Assembly (NCBI GenBank): GCA_029858565.1
Contig: JAOUEV010000031.1
Coordinates: 1 to 40,532, forward strand
Reading direction: 5' to 3'
Length of the DNA: 40,532 nt
DNA from: Nitrospirota bacterium
GTDB taxonomy: Bacteria; Nitrospirota; UBA9217
Below are positions 33,500-40,532 of the stretch, piece by piece (within the stretch, counting starts at the first letter, position 1; each line of letters begins with the position of its first letter). Made by a program: the position numbers and the translations under genes. A model generated the notes under the pieces. It was not told the DNA's origin, did not search any database, and saw nothing but the letters and a program-made list of their open reading frames with translations.

Positions 33500-35314
33500 T
33501 CACATCTCGACCCGCGTCACCACTCCGTGGAGTTTGTTCGACGGCAGCCGGTAGAACTGGACGATCGTGGGCGTCAGTTTTTTAATGACCGAGAACAACT
33601 GCCAGAGGATATTGGCTGTTGATATGTCCTCTACTCCGTAGAATATGGCCCGCTCGGTGATCCCGGCCTCGCGCAGGATCTCTTCCACATCCGGGATCTC
33701 CATGTATCCCATCTGGATCTCGAATGCCCGGAGGCCCGGTGCGATGTCCTCCTTGAAGAACCCGGTCACTCCAAAAGGGTCCTCACGCCGTACAATGGAA
33801 ACAATGATATTGTCCTCATAAACGATCCCGTTCTTGAACATTGCGTGTACGAGATAAGGCGGCATCTCCCGGGTGTCCTTGGCAAAGAACAGCGCAGTGC
33901 CGCGGATCCGTGGAGCACCTGCATAGATCTGACCGTAGCTCAGCAGGAACACATCCCGGGGAAGCGGCTGCAGCGATAGATAGAGTTGCTTCTGCCCCCG
34001 CGTGTAGAGAACGATTATAAAGAGCGGGACCGCAGCGATGATCAGCGACCAATAGCCGCCATGCGGTATCTTATAAGTATTGGAAACGAGGAATGCCACA
34101 TTCACCGCGGTCACGAAGATCGCCACGGCCGCGTGCCAATACTTGCTCCGCCGCAGGAATATCCATGTCATGATGAATCCGGTAAGGGTCATCGTGCCGG
34201 TCACTGCCAGGCCGTAGGCTGCGGCAAGATTGCTCGACCGCTGGAACAGGAACATGATGGACAGCACGGCGCCGAGCAGGAACCAGTTGACGAAACCGAT
34301 ATAGATCTGCGATTGCCGCGCGCGGGATGTGAAACTGATCCGGAACATAGGCATGATGCGGGTCGAGATGCCCTGGTAGACGATGGAGAACATGCCGCTG
34401 ATCATGGCCTGGGAGGCGATCACCGTGGCCATGATGCTCAGGAGCAGGAATGGAATATAGAGCGGCCGGACCTGATCGCGTACCATCTCGAACAGAATGA
34501 ACTTTGCATGCGGGTGATGCATGAGGTATGCGCCCTGGCCCAGATAGTTGATCACCAGCGCAATAAAAACGAAATTCCAGGCACGGATGATCGGCTTCCG
34601 GCCGAGGTGACCCATGTCCGCGTAGAGCGCTTCACCTCCTGTTGCGCACAGGATGACCTCTGACAGCACGAGAAATCCCGTCATAACGTTGCCTGACAGA
34701 AAATGCACCGCCTCAAGCGGATTCAGCGCTTTCAGGACCGACGGCGCCGTAACGATCGCTACCAACCCAGATAGCGCGAGCACGCAGAACCAGATCACCA
34801 TGATAGGTCCGAAAGCGCCGGCAACCTTGTCCGTCCCCTTGCGCTGCACCGAGAACAAGACTATCGCGATGAAAGCCGCGACCGCGATCAGAACGTTCTG
34901 CTGGAGCAACTCCAGACCCGGGATCAGGAGCGCTCCTTCGACCGCGGAGAGAATACTGATGGCCGGCGTGATAACGCCGTCACCGATGATGAGCGCGATA
35001 CCGGCAAAAGAAAGCGCGGTGACGAATGCTCGCTGCCTCGGCGAGGTGAGCAGCGGCGTGAGGATCTCGCGGAGAACAATGGTCCCTCCTTCACCGCGAT
35101 GACCGAGGCTCATTGCCAGCCAGGCATATTCAATGGTCACCAGGATGATGAGGGTCCAGACGATGAGGGATAGCACACCGATGATATGGTCTGGCGACGG
35201 GTCCGTGAGCAGGAAAACGACCGTAAGGGTATAAATAGGACTTGTGCCGATGTCACCGAACACCAGGCCGAGCGATTGGACAATGCCTTTTACAGTATCT
35301 TTTTGCGTGCTCAT
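33500..35314 (-). CDS. kup: KUP/HAK/KT potassium transporter, downstream paralog
   Basis: GLVFGDIGTSPIYT, GEGG, GDGVITPAISILSAVEG, TGGEALYADMGH and AAAYGLAVTGTM. Confidence 0.96.
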   Translation of the reverse strand: MSTQKDTVKGIVQSLGLVFGDIGTSPIYTLTVVFLLTDPSPDHIIGVLSLIVWTLIILVTIEYAWLAMSLGHRGEGGTIVLREILTPLLTSPRQRAFVTALSFAGIALIIGDGVITPAISILSAVEGALLIPGLELLQQNVLIAVAAFIAIVLFSVQRKGTDKVAGAFGPIMVIWFCVLALSGLVAIVTAPSVLKALNPLEAVHFLSGNVMTGFLVLSEVILCATGGEALYADMGHLGRKPIIRAWNFVFIALVINYLGQGAYLMHHPHAKFILFEMVRDQVRPLYIPFLLLSIMATVIASQAMISGMFSIVYQGISTRIMPMFRISFTSRARQSQIYIGFVNWFLLGAVLSIMFLFQRSSNLAAAYGLAVTGTMTLTGFIMTWIFLRRSKYWHAAVAIFVTAVNVAFLVSNTYKIPHGGYWSLIIAAVPLFIIVLYTRGQKQLYLSLQPLPRDVFLLSYGQIYAGAPRIRGTALFFAKDTREMPPYLVHAMFKNGIVYEDNIIVSIVRREDPFGVTGFFKEDIAPGLRAFEIQMGYMEIPDVEEILREAGITERAIFYGVEDISTANILWQLFSVIKKLTPTIVQFYRLPSNKLHGVVTRVEM

Positions 35315-35347
35315 GGCAGCAACCGGGGTGGACGAAGTTCTTTCCCA

Positions 35348-37162
35348 TCACATCTCGACGCGGGTCACCACCCCGTGCAGCTTGTTCGCGGGAAGTTTGA
35401 AGAACTGGACAATGTTCGGTGTCAACTTCTTGATGACCGAGAAAGCCTGCCAGAGGATGTTCGAAGCAACAATATCCTCGACGCCGTAGAAGATCGTCTT
35501 CTCGCTGATCCCGGCCTCGCGGAGGATCTCCTCCACATCAGGGATCTCCATGTATCCCATCTGGATCTCGAAAGCCCGGAGACCCGGTGCGATGTCCTCC
35601 TTGAAGAATCCGGTCACGCCAAAGGGATCCTCACGCCTCACAATGGACACGATGATGTTGTCTTCATAGATGATATGGTTCTTGAACATCGTGTGGACGA
35701 TATAGGGCGGCACCGCCTGGGCGTCCTTGGCAAAGAAGAGCGCCGTACCCCGGATCTTTGGCACCGCAGAGAATATCTGATTATAGCTCAGCAGGAATAC
35801 ATCCATGGGAAGCGGCTGGAGGGAATAATAGAGCTTTCGCTGTCCCCGGGTGTAAAGCATGATGATCCCGAAAGGGATCGAGGCTATGACGAGCGACCAG
35901 TAGCCGCCGTGCGGGATCTTCGTGGTGTTTGAAAGCAGGTACACTGTCGCTATCAGCGTCACGAGTGCGGACACGGCCGCTTTGACGCTATCCTGACGCT
36001 TCAGGAAGATCCAGACCATCATGCTCCCGGTGATTGCCATGGTGCCGGTGACCGCGAGACCATAGGCCACGGCAAGGCGTGCGGAGGTCTGAAACTCGAA
36101 GATGATGAACAGGACCGCCAGGAGCAGCGACCAGTTCACGGCGCCAATATAGATCTGCGTTTGCCGTTCATGAGACGTGAAATCGACCTTGAGGATCGGC
36201 ATGATGCGGGTCATGATGCCCTGGAACACCAGTGAATACATGCCGCTGATCATGGCTTGCGATGCGATGATCGTTGCCGCGATACTAAGCAGCAGGAACG
36301 GGATATAGAATGCCGGAGCCTGATAGAAGAGCATTTCGAACAGCACGTTCTTCACGTCGGGATGACTGGCCAGGAAGGCCCCTTGTCCTAAGTAGCTCAG
36401 CAGAAGCGCCGGAAACACGAAGTTCCAGGCCCGCCTGATCGGAACGCCGCCCAGATGTCCCATATCAGCATAGAGGGCCTCCCCGCCGGTGGCGCACAGG
36501 ATGACCTCGGCGAGGACGAAAAATCCCGTGGTCACATTCTGGCAGAGGAACCGGATTCCGGGCACGGGGCTAATTGCGTTCAGCACGATCGGCATCTGAA
36601 TGATCGACGCGATCCCTGACAGTGCCAGTATTGCGAACCAGACAAGCATGATCGGTCCGAACGCACCGGACACCTTTTCGGTGCCTTTCTTCTGGACCGA
36701 GAACAGTGCGATGGCGATGACCGCGGCAATTGCGATAAGAACGGCCTGGCTCGTGCCGGAAAGCACGGGAATGAGCAGGAGTCCCTCGACTGCGGAAAGA
36801 ATGGAGATGGCCGGCGTAATCACGCCATCACCGACGAACAGGGATATGCCCACGTACGATATGAGCGTCACGAACGCAGCTTGACGACCCGTGGTCAGAT
36901 AGGGCAGCAGGATCTCGGTCATGACGATGATGCCGCCTTCGCCGCGCCTTCCCAGTCCCATGGCGAGCCAGGCATACTTGATCGTGACCAGTGTGATCAT
37001 CGTCCAGACAATGAGCGACAGGACCCCGATAACGTTCGGCACTGTTCGCTCGGTAAGAAGGAAGACGACAGTCAGTGTGTAGATGGGGCTTGTGCCGATG
37101 TCGCCGAACACAAGACCGAGTGACTGAACTATGCCGCGGAAATTTGCCTTCTGCTGGGTCAT
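35348..37162 (-). CDS. kup: KUP/HAK/KT potassium transporter, upstream paralog
   Basis: Same signature motifs. Same length (604 aa) as the tandem copy. Confidence 0.96.
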   Translation of the reverse strand: MTQQKANFRGIVQSLGLVFGDIGTSPIYTLTVVFLLTERTVPNVIGVLSLIVWTMITLVTIKYAWLAMGLGRRGEGGIIVMTEILLPYLTTGRQAAFVTLISYVGISLFVGDGVITPAISILSAVEGLLLIPVLSGTSQAVLIAIAAVIAIALFSVQKKGTEKVSGAFGPIMLVWFAILALSGIASIIQMPIVLNAISPVPGIRFLCQNVTTGFFVLAEVILCATGGEALYADMGHLGGVPIRRAWNFVFPALLLSYLGQGAFLASHPDVKNVLFEMLFYQAPAFYIPFLLLSIAATIIASQAMISGMYSLVFQGIMTRIMPILKVDFTSHERQTQIYIGAVNWSLLLAVLFIIFEFQTSARLAVAYGLAVTGTMAITGSMMVWIFLKRQDSVKAAVSALVTLIATVYLLSNTTKIPHGGYWSLVIASIPFGIIMLYTRGQRKLYYSLQPLPMDVFLLSYNQIFSAVPKIRGTALFFAKDAQAVPPYIVHTMFKNHIIYEDNIIVSIVRREDPFGVTGFFKEDIAPGLRAFEIQMGYMEIPDVEEILREAGISEKTIFYGVEDIVASNILWQAFSVIKKLTPNIVQFFKLPANKLHGVVTRVEM

Positions 37163-38196
37163 GGCGCGGCGCTTTGCCCCTTATCCTTCATATAACGGAA
37201 CACCTGGACACGGGAATTCAGCTGATCGGCAATGTAGATCTGGTCGTTCTCGTCAATGGCAATGCCCGCAGGCATGTTCAGAAAACCGGGCCACGGCCCG
37301 GCCTCTCCAATGAATAGCAGTACCTTGCCGGTGGAGTCGAATATCTGATAGTTACTGAACGCCGCGTCGGTCACATAGATGTGCCCCTCGGAATCGACGG
37401 CCACACCCTTGGGGTTCGCGAACATCCCGGGCCGGTCCCCCACCTCGCCGAACCTGGACAGATACTTGCCGTCTGCCGTGAACACCTGGACCCGGAAATT
37501 TCCGCTGTCCAGCACGTAGACCTTGCCGGTATGATCCACGGTCACATCAAGCGGGATATTGAGCCTGCCATCGGCATTCCCGCGGCCGCCGAACTCGAAC
37601 AGGAACCTACCGTCAAGATCAAATACCATGATGCGGTGCTTTGCGCGATCTGCCACATAGAGCCGCCCAAGGCCCTCGTTGATCGCCAAGCCGACCGGAA
37701 CCCCGCCAGAAAGGGAAAAGTTGGTTACATATCCTCCCTGGCGATCGAAGACAACAACCTTGGCGCCACTGCTGTCAGCGACGTAGATCCTGCCCTTTCC
37801 CTCCATGACAGCCGCAGCGGGCAGGCGAAAAGACCCATCGTTCCCCGTAATGATCATCAGCCGTTTTTCAACAAGGTCCAGCACCATGACCCTCCGCGAC
37901 ACGATGTCGCAGATCAGCAGTACATTCTGCCGGACACTGACCCCATAGGGTCTGACCATTCCGTCAAAATACGGCTTCCCAAAGATCCGCTCGAAGAAGG
38001 AGTAGCGCCTTCCGATGTCGTCTTCGGTGTATATGGACTGGACGTACTGGATCCTCGGGTGATCAGGCGGCTTGGGCCAGACAAGGTTGGCCGGTTCGAT
38101 CCGGGTGCGGGGCTGTGCGCAGGAGCAGAGCAAACACCCCATGACGAGCGTGAAACCAAGAGTTGCTGCGCGATAGGATATCGAGAAAAGGCTCAT
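37159..38196 (-). CDS. NHL-repeat beta-propeller lipoprotein
   Basis: Lipobox-like LLCSC, WPKPPDHPRI, and repeated F..P.G.AVD..G.IYV.D..N.RVQVF units. Confidence 0.88.
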   Translation of the reverse strand: MSLFSISYRAATLGFTLVMGCLLCSCAQPRTRIEPANLVWPKPPDHPRIQYVQSIYTEDDIGRRYSFFERIFGKPYFDGMVRPYGVSVRQNVLLICDIVSRRVMVLDLVEKRLMIITGNDGSFRLPAAAVMEGKGRIYVADSSGAKVVVFDRQGGYVTNFSLSGGVPVGLAINEGLGRLYVADRAKHRIMVFDLDGRFLFEFGGRGNADGRLNIPLDVTVDHTGKVYVLDSGNFRVQVFTADGKYLSRFGEVGDRPGMFANPKGVAVDSEGHIYVTDAAFSNYQIFDSTGKVLLFIGEAGPWPGFLNMPAGIAIDENDQIYIADQLNSRVQVFRYMKDKGQSAAP

Positions 38197-39332
38197 TTTT
38201 CGTACTGAAATACCTGTACTCTGCCATTCATCTGATCCGGGACATAGAGATAATCCCTGTTGTCAATAAAAATGCCTGCCGGTGACCAGAAGCCATCACG
38301 CTGATCGCCGATACCGCCCCATCGCTGAAGATACATGCCGTTCTGATCGAAAATAAGGATGGTATTGGCGACGCCGTCGCTCACATAGACATGGCCGTCG
38401 GAGTCTATGGCGATCCCCGTCGGATTGTTGAGGGGATGGGCAAGGTCTGCAATAAGGGAAAACCGCCGTACGAAGATGCCTTCACTGTCAAACATATGCA
38501 CCCGATTCCGGTGCGCATCAAGAACGAAGAGATTTCCCGCACTGTCCAGTGCGAGACCCACGGGAGAACGGAGGCCATCCTTCGTGCCCTGGTCACCCAG
38601 GTCACATACCCTCTGGTATGTTGTAAAGGCCCCTGCTGCATCGCTGGAATAACAGGGATTGGCCGGCGATTGTATTACCCCTGTTTTAGTCTGATTCCCG
38701 CGCGTTTCGATGGACGCCCAATCGCGCTGGTTCGTATACATGAGGACCTTATGTGCATGCTTATCGGCCACGTAAAGCCGATGGCGCCGCGAGTCAACAG
38801 CCATTGCAGCGGGATAAGCAAGGCTGCCGGTCTTCCCGAGTGTGAAGACAAGATTCCCTGCGCGGTCAAGTCCGAATATCTTCCCCTGGGGAGGATCTGC
38901 AACATAGATATCCCCGGCTTCGGCCACAGCAACAGCCGACGGATCCATGAACGATGCATTCACTGCAACGGTGGGAGTCGGCGAGGAAATGATCTTTACC
39001 GACCGTTCGTTCCGGTCAAAGATGAACAAACGGGGTACGGGAGAACGATCGACCACATAGACGCGGAACTGGTCAGCTGATACAGAGACCGGTTTCTGAA
39101 GCGAGGTAGCGGCGGGCGCCAGGGGATCCGACTGGCGGTATCGCTCCGTGAGAAAGCTGGCCTCGTTCCGCAGCGTCTCGACATATCTGATACGAACCGG
39201 TCTCGAGGGGTCCGGCAAATCACCCTCATCGGGTTTTCCGATGAGCAGCGCGCATCCCCCGATGCCAAACGCGATCAGAAACAACATGACATAGGGGATT
39301 ATCTTCTCGTGTATGTTCTTATTAGCTCTCAT
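38193..39332 (-). CDS. NHL-repeat beta-propeller lipoprotein
   Basis: Likely ATG at 39332 (AAGGA RBS), lipobox-like IGGC, and NHL repeats (LNNPTGIAIDSDGHVYVSD, FWSPAGIFID). Confidence 0.85.
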   Translation of the reverse strand: MRANKNIHEKIIPYVMLFLIAFGIGGCALLIGKPDEGDLPDPSRPVRIRYVETLRNEASFLTERYRQSDPLAPAATSLQKPVSVSADQFRVYVVDRSPVPRLFIFDRNERSVKIISSPTPTVAVNASFMDPSAVAVAEAGDIYVADPPQGKIFGLDRAGNLVFTLGKTGSLAYPAAMAVDSRRHRLYVADKHAHKVLMYTNQRDWASIETRGNQTKTGVIQSPANPCYSSDAAGAFTTYQRVCDLGDQGTKDGLRSPVGLALDSAGNLFVLDAHRNRVHMFDSEGIFVRRFSLIADLAHPLNNPTGIAIDSDGHVYVSDGVANTILIFDQNGMYLQRWGGIGDQRDGFWSPAGIFIDNRDYLYVPDQMNGRVQVFQYEK

Positions 39333-39366
39333 ATCCTTAAATATACCACAACAATCCTGCGCGACA

Positions 39367-40532
39367 CTATTTTTTCTTATGGCAATAGCCGCACAGATCG
39401 GTCTCGCGGGTGACGCCGAAGGCCAGAAGATACTTTGTTTCAGCGCTGTGCGGTGAATGGCAGCTGATGCAGGAAAGCTTCCTGCCGGGCCGCAGCGGAT
39501 CCCTGACGTTCCTGGTGGGATGGCTGACGCCATGTACAAATCCCGCGATCACATGGACATCCGATGCTTTTTCCCGGTGGCAGGTCGTGCAGAGCTCCCA
39601 TGATCTTAGGCGGGTCCATGCTGAATGATCGCTGCCATGGGGATCATGACAGAGATTGCAGTACCCGGAATCCACCGGACCGTGCCGGAAAGGCATGGAC
39701 ATGACATCGCTATGACATTTCTCGCAGGTTTCCGGAACGGTCAGTCCGTTCTTGGCAGGCTTCAGGGGATCGATATCCCGGGTTTCCTCCTGCCGTCCGG
39801 CAGTGTAGGCAAGCCGGACCGCGGAGTTGATAGTCGCTGCCGTCCCTGCCGACTTTTTGACAACATAGGAAAGCGTCTCTTGATATTCTCCCGAGGGATC
39901 GCCAAGCTGCCAACGCAGCTCATCGCCTTGTACCTGCGGTTCCCTGACCGCCCCGCGGAGGATACCGCTCCCCTTCACATACTGCATTCCTTTGGGAAGC
40001 CTCTCAACGATCTTGAGGTTCTTGACACCAGCTGCCTTGCTGCTATAGGACACATTGATGATGATCTTTTCGCGATCCGCAAGAAGGGGCAGTTTCAGGC
40101 TGTTTCGCACCTGGACATCAGGAGGATAGGCAACCAACTCGATCCGGTTATTGACAATGCGGTTCTCTTTCGTCGTATTCGGTACTTTGGGAAGGGCCGC
40201 TCCCATCCCCGCGACAACGATCCTATTCTTGCCGGTGATGCCGTAGGATGCAATAAGCCGGGATATCGCGCGGGCCCGTGCGATGGTAAGCTTTTGCAGG
40301 TCTTGAGTACCTTTTTTCTTTTTCCCCTTCTCACTGGGGAAAACCGCATCATCCACATGTGCCTCAATCCGCACTTTGTCAGCCGGATTAAGCTTAAGAT
40401 GCTCGAGCAACCCTCGAAAGAGTTCCTGTTCACGTTCTTTACGCTTTTTTATTTCCATGTCCCGGGCATTCTTTCGTTCCTGATACTTTGCCCGGTCGGC
40501 CCTATTCTTCGGCTTCGGCACCAACGGCACAT
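39367..40532 (-). CDS. Multiheme c-type cytochrome fused to an OmpA-like C-terminal domain and a DUF11-like domain, 5' end truncated by window edge
   Basis: Five CxxCH motifs (CEKCH, CNLCH, CTTCH, CISCH, CGYCH) in the 'CxxCHxPH' doubled style. OmpA-like IEAHVD...LTIARARAI...NNRIEL. DUF11-like IVERLPKGMQYVKGS. Confidence 0.85.
   Translation of the reverse strand, partial: VPLVPKPKNRADRAKYQERKNARDMEIKKRKEREQELFRGLLEHLKLNPADKVRIEAHVDDAVFPSEKGKKKKGTQDLQKLTIARARAISRLIASYGITGKNRIVVAGMGAALPKVPNTTKENRIVNNRIELVAYPPDVQVRNSLKLPLLADREKIIINVSYSSKAAGVKNLKIVERLPKGMQYVKGSGILRGAVREPQVQGDELRWQLGDPSGEYQETLSYVVKKSAGTAATINSAVRLAYTAGRQEETRDIDPLKPAKNGLTVPETCEKCHSDVMSMPFRHGPVDSGYCNLCHDPHGSDHSAWTRLRSWELCTTCHREKASDVHVIAGFVHGVSHPTRNVRDPLRPGRKLSCISCHSPHSAETKYLLAFGVTRETDLCGYCHKKK

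Overview
GC-rich bacterial DNA with almost all genes on the minus strand. Gene style and content resemble anaerobic Nitrospirota or Desulfobacterota-like lineages (inference only). From left to right: a 3'-truncated ahcY behind an SAH riboswitch; metK; a zinc-finger membrane protein; yacG; and a ~17.9-kb anaerobic cobamide operon (bzaF-like, cobT, cbiP, cbiB, cbiA, cbiX-cbiC, cbiMNQO, cobO, cbiD, cbiE-T, cbiL, cbiF, cbiG-H, a BPL-N/GATase-like gene, yacG). The operon has a consensus sigma70 promoter and two tandem cobalamin riboswitches. Next come three orphan response regulators, an accessory block with a duplicated activator-box promoter, a PLP aminotransferase, an IMPase/FBPase, uvrC, two tandem kup genes, two NHL-repeat lipoproteins and a 5'-truncated OmpA-like/multiheme cytochrome. 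The most striking unexplained feature is about 18 short arrays of 7-bp tandem repeats in two sequence families and both orientations. Sixteen sit in-frame inside the cobalamin genes, in loops, domain linkers and signal peptides, and some form near-perfect long-range inverted pairs. I saw none in the right-hand 17 kb.
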